NCBI GenBank assembly: GCA_036679645.1
Contig: JAZDCY010000042.1
Span: 32,001 to 96,000 of the forward strand
DNA: 64,000 bases
Reading direction: 5' to 3'
Source: Gemmatimonadota bacterium
GTDB lineage: Bacteria > Gemmatimonadota > Gemmatimonadetes > Gemmatimonadales > GWC2-71-9
Shown here: one piece after another, positions 9,809 through 18,839 of the stretch
Layout: every line of letters begins with the position of its first letter
Position numbering within the stretch: position 1 is the first letter of the stretch
The notes under the pieces: generated by a model
Told to the model about the DNA's origin: nothing
Databases searched by the model: none
Seen by the model: only the letters and a program-made list of their open reading frames with translations
Program-made: the position numbers and the translations under genes

Positions 9809-10845
9809 TGCGAGTCCTTTGGGTCCACCAACCGGTCAGTCTCTCCGCGCGTCTGGCGCGCAGCGATACGCACGTGAGAACTCAGACGGTATTTCTGGAG
9901 GAACTTCTGGAAGTCCTCGCGCGCTTCCGCGTTTCCACCCAGGACCAGGCGGCGTGCGAAGCGTGGAAGCTCCACTTCCGCGTCCTGCTCCGCTGCCTCA
10001 CGCACCAATTCGACATCCAATTGGCCCGGCGTACTGAGCTCGATCAGTTCGAGCTGGTGGCGTTCGAACAAGATCTCCAACCCGCATAGCGAGAAGAGGT
10101 TCAGGTGCTCCGGAACGAAGATGTACGGTGCCGCATCCCATAACACCTGGAGATCGAATCCACTCACGGACCGTGTAGTAAGGAACATCACCCCGTCCTC
10201 GGTCAGCAGAGCACTCAGGTGCGCGAGCCAGGCGCCTGGCGCACCCTGGTGTTCCAACTGCTCGAAAGCAGTGACGGCAGCGGCACTACCAGGCGCCGGC
10301 GCACCGAGCGCGACCCCGTCCCGCTCCAGCAGCGGTCTAAGGCTCTCGGGGGGATCCACTGCGTAGAGCGATCCGAAGTACCCGAGGCGGCGAATCTCGG
10401 CAAACACCTGGGGATAGGCGGTGCCGACGTCGACGTAGTGCCGCCCTTCTGCCTGTTTGCGCGGCAGAAGCGAGCACAGCCAATCCACGCGAGAACTCAC
10501 GACGTGCTCAAGGCGTGCAACCGTCACCTCCTTCCCGAAGTACTCCGCTCGAAGGCGGCTAGCTTCCGATTGCCGGTAGTAGCGCTTGAGGGTATCGGGC
10601 GTGGGTCGCGGTGAGACGTACAGAGACTCGCACCGCCGGCACTCTTGATAGACGAACCCGTGCTTCCGGAAAGCCTCCGACGCGTCAGGGCTCCCGCAGG
10701 CGGGACATGGCACCGTCTCGACGTGCGTCGAACCACCGAAGAACGCCTGGGCATCATCGATCGACTGCGCACGCAGCCTGGCCAGCATGCCCGGCGGGCG
10801 AATCTCGGCCCCAGTCACCCGGTCACCAAGTACGATATGTTTCAC
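9805..10845 (-). CDS. Class I SAM-dependent methyltransferase-like protein with N-terminal CxxC-CxxC zinc motif
   Basis: CPACGS...CRRCESLYVSPRP, FEQLEH, PEHLNLFS and TPGQLDV. The SAM-binding motif is atypical (VDVGTAY). Confidence 0.75.
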   Translation of the reverse strand: MKHIVLGDRVTGAEIRPPGMLARLRAQSIDDAQAFFGGSTHVETVPCPACGSPDASEAFRKHGFVYQECRRCESLYVSPRPTPDTLKRYYRQSEASRLRAEYFGKEVTVARLEHVVSSRVDWLCSLLPRKQAEGRHYVDVGTAYPQVFAEIRRLGYFGSLYAVDPPESLRPLLERDGVALGAPAPGSAAAVTAFEQLEHQGAPGAWLAHLSALLTEDGVMFLTTRSVSGFDLQVLWDAAPYIFVPEHLNLFSLCGLEILFERHQLELIELSTPGQLDVELVREAAEQDAEVELPRFARRLVLGGNAEAREDFQKFLQKYRLSSHVRIAARQTRGETDRLVDPKDSQ

Positions 10846-10917
10846 GCGTTTTTCTCTCGAATGGAGGCGACCGCATTCGCGAACCGCGCTGCGGAGAAAT
10901 GAGTCGGTCGGAGTGAC

Positions 10918-11016
10918 CTAGAACGCACCGGTCCGATGAAGGAAGGCGGGGAGCGTGCCAAGGAGGATCTTCGCATCGGACTCCCGCATCTGGCCGCGGC
11001 CACTTAGCAAGAGACA
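10918..11016 (-). pseudogene. 3' remnant of a second sugar transferase gene
   Basis: Encodes ...LLLSGRGQMRESDAKILLGTLPAFLHRTGAF*, paralleling WQISGRS...[19 protein letters not shown] of the neighbouring gene. Confidence 0.65.
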
Positions 11017-11038
11017 CGAGGTGGCGCGAGTCCTTGAT

Positions 11039-12667
11039 CTAGTACGCTCCGGTCCTCCACAGCACAGCGGGGAGTGTTCGCAGGAGGATCTTGAAGTCGA
11101 GCCATAACGACCACTTGTCGATGTACTCGCTGTCCAAACGCACCACCTCTTCAAAGTCAGAGACGGCGCTCCGCCCGCTGATCTGCCAGAGGCCTGTGAT
11201 GCCCGGCTTGGCTCCCAGGCGCGCGAAGTGGTGATCGCTGTAGGTCTCGAGGTCGGACTCGAAGAAGGGCCGAGGACCCACTAGCGACATCTCGCCGCGC
11301 AGCACGCTAACGAGCTGGGGGAGTTCGTCCAGGCTCCACTTTCTTAAGCACGCACCCACCCGCGTCACACGCGGATCATTGGGAATCTTGAAGAGCCGTG
11401 GATCCCCCGTATGGTTGAGGTGAGCCAGGTCCACCTTCAGCAAATCTGCACCATCACGCATCGTACGGAATTTTGTGAGCCGGAAGATCCTCCCGCCCAT
11501 GCCCACCCGCTCCTGCGTGAAAAAGATGCGACCTTTGGAATCAACCTTGATCGCCAAAGCGATCAGCGCGAAGAGCGGAGAAAGCACCGCCAATCCCACG
11601 ACTGCGCACACGAAATCGAACACACGCTTGAACATCAACTGCTGCCCGCGGAGCGACGGCAAGGTGAGCTCCATAAAGGGCAAACGATGATACCATACGA
11701 GCGACGTACGGAGACGTCCGACGCCGGCGTAGCGGGAGGCAGAGAGAAGGCGGCACCCCGCAGCCGCACACGCCTCGACAATCACATCGAACACCTGGCC
11801 GACGACCGGACCACAGAGTACTACGGTGTCAACGTGTACATCCCGGAGAATTCGCCAGAAATCCGCCGGAACGAATCCCTCCCACTCCCCATTCGGGGAG
11901 AAAAACGGAGCGATGTCATCAGCGTGATGCGGTGCGCTCTTCCCGTTGCCTCCGTTCTCGGCCGGCCCTCCCTCGTGCGGCTTAGCGACGGTGACCCACC
12001 CGGCGCAGCTCATGTGCTCGGAATACGACAGACGAGCGGCGGTCCGCACGGACTCCTGGTCGTTGGGATCGCCGACAAACAACACCTTCTCCGCCGGCCG
12101 CACCATGGGAAGCACGCGGGCCGCCACCCGGTCGATGAGCAAGCGCATGAGAATCAGCGCCGCGGTGAGGCCTGCGACTATTCCGACGTACGTGACCCCA
12201 ACCGGTACGTATCCCCGAACCCACAGATCACGCCATAGAACGAGCCCGCCCGCGAGTGCGACGCCCGCGAGGAGCCTTCCCGAGTCGCGCCTGCAGTCAC
12301 CCGGGCGATAGGCACCAGCGATCGTCAGTCCGAGGAGCAACGCCGCAACAAAGGGCCAGCCCGGGAACGATCCCCTGGGTACCGCCCACGCCAGGAAATC
12401 GGACACACGCGACCCAAAAAGCCCCGAGTCGCGCGCCGCGCGAAAGGCCAACCGGGTGCCCGCAAATGCTGCCAAATCTCCGGATGTGAGCACGGCAACG
12501 CGTAACAGTGTGCGAAGGGAGTGGCGTCGCAACGTCGATGGCGCACGGCGCTGCAAGACCATCCGAACGGGCGTGGGGCGCGCACGTCGTGCGTTCGCGG
12601 CTCGTTCCGCCGTGGCTGGACGTATATCGGCAGGCGTTTCGACGTCGAGGGTGTGAGAGTGGCCCAC
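11039..12667 (-). CDS. Priming glycosyltransferase (undecaprenyl-phosphate sugar phosphotransferase, WcaJ/WbaP type)
   Basis: N-terminal TM block, then [33 protein letters not shown] and [13 protein letters not shown]. Confidence 0.93.
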   Translation of the reverse strand: MGHSHTLDVETPADIRPATAERAANARRARPTPVRMVLQRRAPSTLRRHSLRTLLRVAVLTSGDLAAFAGTRLAFRAARDSGLFGSRVSDFLAWAVPRGSFPGWPFVAALLLGLTIAGAYRPGDCRRDSGRLLAGVALAGGLVLWRDLWVRGYVPVGVTYVGIVAGLTAALILMRLLIDRVAARVLPMVRPAEKVLFVGDPNDQESVRTAARLSYSEHMSCAGWVTVAKPHEGGPAENGGNGKSAPHHADDIAPFFSPNGEWEGFVPADFWRILRDVHVDTVVLCGPVVGQVFDVIVEACAAAGCRLLSASRYAGVGRLRTSLVWYHRLPFMELTLPSLRGQQLMFKRVFDFVCAVVGLAVLSPLFALIALAIKVDSKGRIFFTQERVGMGGRIFRLTKFRTMRDGADLLKVDLAHLNHTGDPRLFKIPNDPRVTRVGACLRKWSLDELPQLVSVLRGEMSLVGPRPFFESDLETYSDHHFARLGAKPGITGLWQISGRSAVSDFEEVVRLDSEYIDKWSLWLDFKILLRTLPAVLWRTGAY

Positions 12668-12734
12668 GGTCGCTCGTGTTGTTCAGACTAGGTGCGAATC
12701 GGCGCCGCGGACGCGGCCCACCTGACGCGACCCA

Positions 12735-12763
12735 ATAATGTCACTAAGGTATAGACAAGTCAA
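12735..12763 (-). promoter_or_regulatory. Candidate sigma70 promoter for the O-antigen-like operon
   Basis: Minus strand TTGACT-N17-CATTAT about 70 nt upstream of the sugar transferase start. Confidence 0.45.
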
Positions 12764-12904
12764 CGGTTTAGCTCCTCACGGCAAAGGCCCGCATCACGAC
12801 GCTTCAACATGCTCACTCTTCTCGATACAGGCGGTGCGGACGATCACCCCGATCGGGTGACGAAGACGTACGTGCGTGGGAAACGACTGGCCCGCACTAC
12901 GACG

Positions 12905-14248
12905 TCACGACGCCGCGTCTTTCATCCGTTCCCACCACGCAATCCTCTCCCCCACCGTCTTCTCGTAACCAACGTCCGAGGGGTCGTACCATTTGACACC
13001 CGCGAGACTCTCGGGCAGATACGTCTGGCCCACCGCCTTCCCGTCGGGCTCGGAGTGGTCGTAGCGATACGCTTCCCCGTAACCCAGATCTTTCATGAGT
13101 TTCGTCGGCGCGTTGCGAATATGAAGCGGCACCCGCTCGGCGGGGTGCTCGTCCGCCGCCCGGCGCGCCGCGGCCCACGCCGCATAAACCCGGTTCGACT
13201 TGGGCGCGGTCGCCAGGTAGACCGCCGCCTCGGCCAGCGCCAGCTCCCCCTCGGGTGAGCCCAGAAAGTGGTATGCCTCCTTGGCAGCCAACGTGACCGA
13301 GAGGGCCCGCGGGTCGGCCAGACCCACGTCCTCGGTCGCCATCCGGACCAGGCGACGGGCGACGTATAGCGGATCCTCGCCCCCTGCAATCATGCGCGCG
13401 AGCCAGTAGAGCGCCCCCTCGACATCGCTGCCGCGAACGGCCTTGTGGAGCGCGGAAACGACGTTGTAGTGCTCTTCGCCACCCTTGTCATAGCGGGGCA
13501 CCCGCCGAGAGAGGACGGCTTCGACATCTTCAACGGTGAGCGGTAAGCGGTGCGCGGTGAGCGGGGTCTCTGAGTCAGTGCCCGGTCCGCCGTCGCCGGT
13601 CCCCGGCATCTCGAACGCCGTCTCCAAGACGTTGATGGCCCGCCGCGCATCGCCGTCGGCCCAGCGGATCAGCGCGTCCATCGCCTCCTCCTCGATCTCC
13701 CGCTCACAGCTCTCCGCGCACCGCTCACAGATCACCCGCAAATCGTCCGATCCCAGTGGCTCGAGTACGTGTACCTGACAGCGGGACAACAGGGCGCTGG
13801 TCAGTTCGAAGCTGGGGTTCTCGGTGGTGGCGCCGATCAGCGCGATCGTGCCGTTCTCCACCCACGGGAGAAACGCATCCTGCTGCGCTTTGTTAAAGCG
13901 GTGGATCTCATCACAGAAGAGAATCGTCCCGCGTCCCTCGCGGACGAGCCTCGCCTCGGCCTCCTTGATGATCTGCCGCACTCGCGCCACGCCTTCGGTG
14001 ACGGCGCTGAAGGGCTCGAACTGCTTATTCGTGAGTTGGGCGATGATCCACGCGAGGGTCGTCTTGCCCGTGCCCGGCGGGCCCCAGAGAATCACATTCC
14101 CGACATCGCCGCGGAGTATAGCATCGCGGAGGGGCCGGCCCTCGCCAACCAGGTGCGTCTGGCCCGCGAACTCGTCGAGGGTCGAGGGACGGAGCCGGTC
14201 GGCGAGGGGACGGCGGCCGGGACTCTCGAAAAGAGACGACTGAGACAT
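12905..14248 (-). CDS. rarA: Replication-associated recombination protein A (MgsA/RarA AAA+ ATPase)
   Basis: PLADRLRP, GPPGTGKTT, DEIHRFNKAQQD, GATTENPSF, SALHKAVRGSD, EDVGLADP and APKSN. Start chosen at MSQSSLF. Confidence 0.95.
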   Translation of the reverse strand: MSQSSLFESPGRRPLADRLRPSTLDEFAGQTHLVGEGRPLRDAILRGDVGNVILWGPPGTGKTTLAWIIAQLTNKQFEPFSAVTEGVARVRQIIKEAEARLVREGRGTILFCDEIHRFNKAQQDAFLPWVENGTIALIGATTENPSFELTSALLSRCQVHVLEPLGSDDLRVICERCAESCEREIEEEAMDALIRWADGDARRAINVLETAFEMPGTGDGGPGTDSETPLTAHRLPLTVEDVEAVLSRRVPRYDKGGEEHYNVVSALHKAVRGSDVEGALYWLARMIAGGEDPLYVARRLVRMATEDVGLADPRALSVTLAAKEAYHFLGSPEGELALAEAAVYLATAPKSNRVYAAWAAARRAADEHPAERVPLHIRNAPTKLMKDLGYGEAYRYDHSEPDGKAVGQTYLPESLAGVKWYDPSDVGYEKTVGERIAWWERMKDAAS

Positions 14249-14354
14249 CCCGCCATTATAGCGCTGCGGCGACCTAGATGTCCTGTTGAAGGAATCTGGC
14301 GTGATGCGCTGGATTGATGACGCCATGACTGACAGCCCGCACTATATTCTCCGA

Positions 14355-14900
14355 ATGACTCCTCCCGCACACATGAGCGCCGACGAACTGCTGCAACTCG
14401 ATCTGGTCGGGAAGCGGACGGAGCTCGTACGTGGTAGGCTCGTTGTGCAAGAACCGGCGGGGTTCGGGCACGGCGCCGTGGCGTCAAACCTGGCGCGCGA
14501 GATCGCATGCTTCGTCCGCGAACGGGATCTGGGTCAGGTGCTGGCGGCGGAGACCGGGTTCAAGCTCGCGTCGGCCCCTGATACCGTGCGAGCGCCGGAC
14601 GTCTCTTTCGTCAGTCGTTCGCGTGTCCCTTACCCTGCACCTGCCGGTTATGCCAGTCTCGCACCCGATCTGGTGGTGGAAGTGCTGTCCCCAAGCGATC
14701 GCCCCGGTAAGGTCCTCGAAAAAGTTGGCGACTGGTTGACCGCCGGGACTCGGCTCGTGTGGGTCGTGGATCCGATGCGCCGGCAGGTGCGGGTCTATCG
14801 GGCCGACGGCGGTGAGACTCTTGTCGAGAGCGATGGGGTGTTGGATGGGGAGGACGTTCTGGTGGGGTTTCGGTGCGGGTTGGGGAGCGTGATGGGCTAA
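14355..14900 (+). CDS. Uma2/DUF820 family putative endonuclease
   Basis: ELVRGRL, RAPDVSFV, APDLVVEVLSPSD and VWVVDP motifs. Confidence 0.9.
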   Translation: MTPPAHMSADELLQLDLVGKRTELVRGRLVVQEPAGFGHGAVASNLAREIACFVRERDLGQVLAAETGFKLASAPDTVRAPDVSFVSRSRVPYPAPAGYASLAPDLVVEVLSPSDRPGKVLEKVGDWLTAGTRLVWVVDPMRRQVRVYRADGGETLVESDGVLDGEDVLVGFRCGLGSVMG

Positions 14901-14905
14901 AGAAC

Positions 14906-15019
14906 TTCGAACGTCGAACGTCGAACGTCGAACGTTCTGAGTTCGAAGTTCAGCGTTCAGCGTAAGCGTCAGCGTCAGCGTTCTGAGTTCGAAGTTGAGC
15001 GTTCGAAGTTCAGAGTTCG
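14906..15019. repeat. Heptamer/hexamer tandem-repeat tract between convergent genes
   Basis: TCGAACG x4, then TTCTGAG/TTCGAAG/TTCAGCG and TCAGCG units. Confidence 0.85.
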
Positions 15020-15742
15020 CTACCCCACCCCAGCCGTCTCCAGCAACAAGCGACCGGCGTAATACGCGCCGACTCCCAGAAAGAACGCCAACGGTAGTCG
15101 AAGACCCGGCTTGTGCTGGAACTCGGGCACGAGGTTCGAGGCCGCAACGTAGAACGTCACGCCTGCCGATAGGGCGAGGCCGTGCGCGGCCAGGAAGCCC
15201 AGCGCATCCGTCAGCAGAACACCTACGACAGTGGCGGCACCGAGGAGTGCAGCGCTGCCGATGGCCCGGCCAGGCAACATGCCGCCGGCAATCTGGAGGC
15301 TCGTGATCGTGACTCCCTCGGGAAGCTTGTGGAGCATGATTGCCGTGAAGAGCAAAAGCCCAAGCGCATCCGACACGGCGAACCCGCTCGCGATGGCCAC
15401 TCCGTCGAAGAACGTGTGCAGCAGCAGACCCACCAAGGCAGACGTACCTGCCACCTGGGAGACCTCGTGGGTCTCTTCGCCAAAATGGAAGTGGGGAGTG
15501 ACGGTGTGCTGGGTGAGGTGCACGAGCATGTAGCCCAGCAGCACGAAGCCCATGGCCCCTGCCCCACCCAGCTCGATAGCGTGGGGGACCATGTCGACCA
15601 GCGCTACCGCCAGCATGAACCCGGCGCCGAACGCCACCATCCCGGAGATGAACCGGAGCCCCCAGCGCGCCCCTCGCGCCGCAACCACACCACCCAGCAC
15701 GTTCCCGCCGGCCGCGAGCAGCGCGTACCAGAGGGCGGTCAA
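15020..15742 (-). CDS. ZIP family metal transporter
   Basis: Multi-TM protein with HFHFGEETH, HTFFDG and HKLPEG motifs. Confidence 0.9.
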   Translation of the reverse strand: MTALWYALLAAGGNVLGGVVAARGARWGLRFISGMVAFGAGFMLAVALVDMVPHAIELGGAGAMGFVLLGYMLVHLTQHTVTPHFHFGEETHEVSQVAGTSALVGLLLHTFFDGVAIASGFAVSDALGLLLFTAIMLHKLPEGVTITSLQIAGGMLPGRAIGSAALLGAATVVGVLLTDALGFLAAHGLALSAGVTFYVAASNLVPEFQHKPGLRLPLAFFLGVGAYYAGRLLLETAGVG

Positions 15743-16179
15743 CTGTGGTCTCCCTGCAACAGGTCGCGCACTCGGGCGAGAAGCCGTTCCCGCTCGTTGG
15801 CGGCAGGGTCGTCGAGCACCTCGTGCATCAACGTCCTGAGCGTGCGGCCCACCTCCGGTCCCTCCTCCACGCCGGCTCGCATGATGTCGCTGCCGCTGAT
15901 GGCGAGATCTCCCAGCGTGAGGGGAGCCCCGGACGCGCGAACGCGGCTCACCGCGCCGGACAAGCCAAGCCCCTCACCGGCAACATCCGCGATCACCAAA
16001 AGATCATCCGCGGCCGACCCCACCGCCGCCAGCCAGTGCCGCACCGCCGGGTCGTTCAGTTCTGGGAGAGAGGCACGCCCTGCGGCGATCGCGCGCCCGC
16101 GCTCGATCTCGGCGTTCGAGCATCGCAGTCGCGTCAGGGTCGCCGGTGCGTTGGCGGACAGGTAGCTGGTGATCAGCAC
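15739..16179 (-). CDS. cca: C-terminal part of CCA tRNA nucleotidyltransferase (frameshifted from 16173-16883)
   Basis: DLAISGSDIMRAGVEEGPEVGRTLRTL...DDPAANERERLL is the typical CCA-enzyme tail. Confidence 0.75.
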   Translation of the reverse strand: MLITSYLSANAPATLTRLRCSNAEIERGRAIAAGRASLPELNDPAVRHWLAAVGSAADDLLVIADVAGEGLGLSGAVSRVRASGAPLTLGDLAISGSDIMRAGVEEGPEVGRTLRTLMHEVLDDPAANERERLLARVRDLLQGDHS

Positions 16180-16883
16180 GACCGCGCGAGAGCACCGACA
16201 TCCCGCCAGAGCGTCACGAACCGTGACGGTCGTTGGGCGACCTCAAGTCCCTTGAACCATTCATCCCGCACCCGTTCCGCCGAGAGCCGGTCGAGTCCTT
16301 CCGCGGCAGCGACGGCGGCGTCCCAGGTGGCGGGCTCGATGGCGAACCCGAACCGTGCGGCAAACCGCAGGGCGCGCACGATCCTGAGGTAATCCTCCGT
16401 GAACCGCGCGGCGGGATCGCCAACCGCCCGCACGAGCTTGGCCTCGAGGTCCCCCGCCCCGCCAAAGGGATCGCGCCATTCGTGTCGCAACGGATGGTAG
16501 GCGATTGCATTGATCGTGAAATCACGGCGGGCCAGGTCCTGGTCCAGCGAGACACCGAACTCGACCACCGCATGACGGCCGTCGGTCTTCACATCTTCAC
16601 GAAAGGTGGTCACCTCATGCGGCACACCATGTTTGTCCAGCACCGCGACGGTCCCGTGCTCGACCCCAATGGGCACGGTGCGGCGAAAGAGTCGCTGTAT
16701 CTCGTCCGGCTGCGCGGCAGTCGCGAGATCGAAATCGGAGTTGGGGAAATCGAGCAGTGTGTCGCGAATGGCACCGCCGACACACCAGGTCTCGAAGCCC
16801 GCATCCTCTAGTGTCCGCGCAATGTCGAGGACTTCATTGGGGATGGGGATCGTCTTGGGAAAGGTCACTGGGATACGCCGCAC
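16173..16883 (-). CDS. cca: CCA tRNA nucleotidyltransferase, N-terminal catalytic part (premature stop)
   Basis: VGGAIRD, DFDLAT, EVTTFR, DLARRDFTINAIA, EDYLRIVRALRFAARF and SAERVRDE. Confidence 0.88.
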   Translation of the reverse strand: MRRIPVTFPKTIPIPNEVLDIARTLEDAGFETWCVGGAIRDTLLDFPNSDFDLATAAQPDEIQRLFRRTVPIGVEHGTVAVLDKHGVPHEVTTFREDVKTDGRHAVVEFGVSLDQDLARRDFTINAIAYHPLRHEWRDPFGGAGDLEAKLVRAVGDPAARFTEDYLRIVRALRFAARFGFAIEPATWDAAVAAAEGLDRLSAERVRDEWFKGLEVAQRPSRFVTLWRDVGALARSC

Positions 16884-16937
16884 GGTATGTCAGCCACAGA
16901 GAACCGATCCCCCGTTTACGTTCAGAATCTCGCCCGT

Positions 16938-17810
16938 GGAGCGCGTTTCAACGCCCGCCGCCGCTAGGCGCCGAGCGCGTCCTTCACGGCGCGATAACGC
17001 CGTGCGCCCCCGCGCCCAGCGTCCTAGCCCGCTTCCCTCGACCATGATCCGCTCATCCTCGTTTCAGCAAAACGGGGGCGCGACCCTCGCGCGTTGTTCG
17101 CGGGCTCGAAGCCCGCGCTCGGCGTCCTTCGGACGGTCCGCCCTCAAGGGCGGGAGCGCGTTTCAACGCCCGCCTCCGCTAGGCGCCGAGCGCGTCCTTC
17201 AGGGCGCGATAACGCCGTGCGCCCCCGCGCCCAGCGTCCTAGCCCGCTTCCCTCGACCATGATCCGCTCATCCTCGTTTCAGCGAAACGGGGGCGCGACC
17301 CTCGCGCGTTGTTCGCGGGCTCGAAGCCCGCGCTCGGCGTCCTTCGGACGGTCCGCCCTCAAGGGCGGGAGCGCGTTTCAACGCCCGCCGCCGCTAGGCG
17401 CCGAGCGCGTCCTTTAGGGCGCGAACACGCCCCGCGCGCGGCGTCTTAGCCCGCTTCCTCGACCGTGATCCGCTCGCCCTCGTTCAGCGAGAACTGCGGC
17501 ACGACCCTCGCGCGTTGTTCGCGGGCTCGAAGCCCGCGCTCGGCGTCCTTCGGACGGTCCGCCCTCAAGGGCGGAAGCGCGTTTCAACGCCCGCCGCCGC
17601 TAGGCGCCGAGCGCGTCCTTTAGGGCGCGAACACGCTCCTCGGTCATGATCCGCTCATCCTCGTTTCAGCAAAACGGGGGCGCGGCCTCGCGCGTTGTTC
17701 GCGGGCTCGAAGCCCGCGCTCGGCGTCCTTCGGACGGTCCGCCCTCAAGGGCGGGAGCGCGTTTCAACGCCCGTCGCCGCTAGGCGCCGAGCGCGTCCTT
17801 TAGGGCGCGA
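16938..17810. repeat. Tandem array of hairpin-rich composite repeats (REP/BIME-like)
   Basis: A ~124 bp core at 17086, 17301, 17507 and 17687 plus a partial copy at 16938. Periods are 215, 215, 206 and 180 bp, and each core holds several short inverted repeats. Confidence 0.92.
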
Positions 17811-17811
17811 C

Positions 17812-18573
17812 CTACGCCATCCACTCCTTCAACCGCGCCAGAAACCCGAGCCGTAACCGCACTGGCTCGACCGGTGCCAGATCTTCATCCCGCAGCACCG
17901 CCTCCGGGTTCCCTCGCGCGAGCAGCTGCGCCGTGCTGCTGGCGCCGTGGCCGGCGAGAAACGCGACTCCCGTCGTTAGCGTCCGCCGATCGCCATGATT
18001 GTCCGCGGCGATCACGTCCGCCATACCCGCCTCGATGAGCGCGCGTGCCAGCTGCCCTCTCGCGTTGCTCTTCGTGAGCGTTGTTGCATCAACCTGCACG
18101 CGCGCCCCTACCTTGCGCCACCGACCGACCAAAGCGACCGAACAGGCGCGGTAGCGTTCCGGGTGCGCCACGATCGGCACCAACCCGGCGTCGGCAATGC
18201 GGGCAAGGATGGTGGTTGCGAGATCGCCCACGATCATGAGCGGAAACTCCACCAGGTAGTACCGCGAGCCCGCCAGCGCGTATCGCCGATCGCCGAGTGC
18301 GATGGCGGGGAGCGGCTCATCGAGCAGGATCTCGAAGCCTGGGTGGAGTCGAACCCCATTTGGGGCCGCCGAGCGAAGGGCGGCGAGCGCTCGGTCCCGG
18401 TCCGCGATCCGTTCTTCCCCCTCGTCACTAATCACGCTCGCCAGGAGGTGTGGTGTGGTTACGACGTCCGTGATGCCGGCCGCGACGAAATTGGACAGCA
18501 CGCCGGCCGACTGGTCGAGCGATCGGGAGCCATCGTCCAGGTTCGCCAGCAGGTGCGAGTGGAGATCGATCAC
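17812..18573 (-). CDS. CpsB/CapC-type PHP tyrosine-protein phosphatase
   Basis: IDLHSHLL..LDDGS, TTPH, AHPERY and AADNHG. GTG start overlaps the upstream stop. Confidence 0.88.
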   Translation of the reverse strand: MIDLHSHLLANLDDGSRSLDQSAGVLSNFVAAGITDVVTTPHLLASVISDEGEERIADRDRALAALRSAAPNGVRLHPGFEILLDEPLPAIALGDRRYALAGSRYYLVEFPLMIVGDLATTILARIADAGLVPIVAHPERYRACSVALVGRWRKVGARVQVDATTLTKSNARGQLARALIEAGMADVIAADNHGDRRTLTTGVAFLAGHGASSTAQLLARGNPEAVLRDEDLAPVEPVRLRLGFLARLKEWMA

Positions 18574-18839
18574 CGCCCGTCCCCGTCTCCTGAATCGAAC
18601 GTGGCGTCGTGCTCGCACGCGAGGGTGATCAGTGCATCCGCGGCGAGGAGCTTAAGCGCGGTCTCGCGATCGGCCGCCCCGGTGGTCGCATCACGCAGCA
18701 GACGCTCGGCTCGCTCACGCAGCAGCGCTCCCAACGAGCCTTCCGTGGGAGTGTGCACGACTACCGACTCGAGGCACTCCCGCAACGACGGTGGGGCCGA
18801 TGCAAATCGCTTGGCCAGCCACTGCTGGGGCGTGGTCAC
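18570..18839 (-). CDS. Small hypothetical protein
   Basis: 89 aa, coupled by GTGA overlaps on both sides; contains ALKLLAADALITLACE. Confidence 0.7.
   Translation of the reverse strand: MTTPQQWLAKRFASAPPSLRECLESVVVHTPTEGSLGALLRERAERLLRDATTGAADRETALKLLAADALITLACEHDATFDSGDGDGR

Noticed and set aside
14355..14900. Uma2 nuclease as a defence system or mobile element
   Set aside because: It is a solitary gene with no methylase, antitoxin or element ends; this family is commonly scattered in multiple copies.
16606..17417. Plus-strand ORFs with repeated peptides
   Set aside because: They are by-products of the DNA repeat and antisense to cca; the period of 215 is not a multiple of 3.
16938..17810. 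CRISPR array or tRNA cluster
   Set aside because: The repeats are ~124 bp, linkers are related to each other rather than unique, there are no cas genes, and there is no T-loop/D-loop consensus or CCA end.
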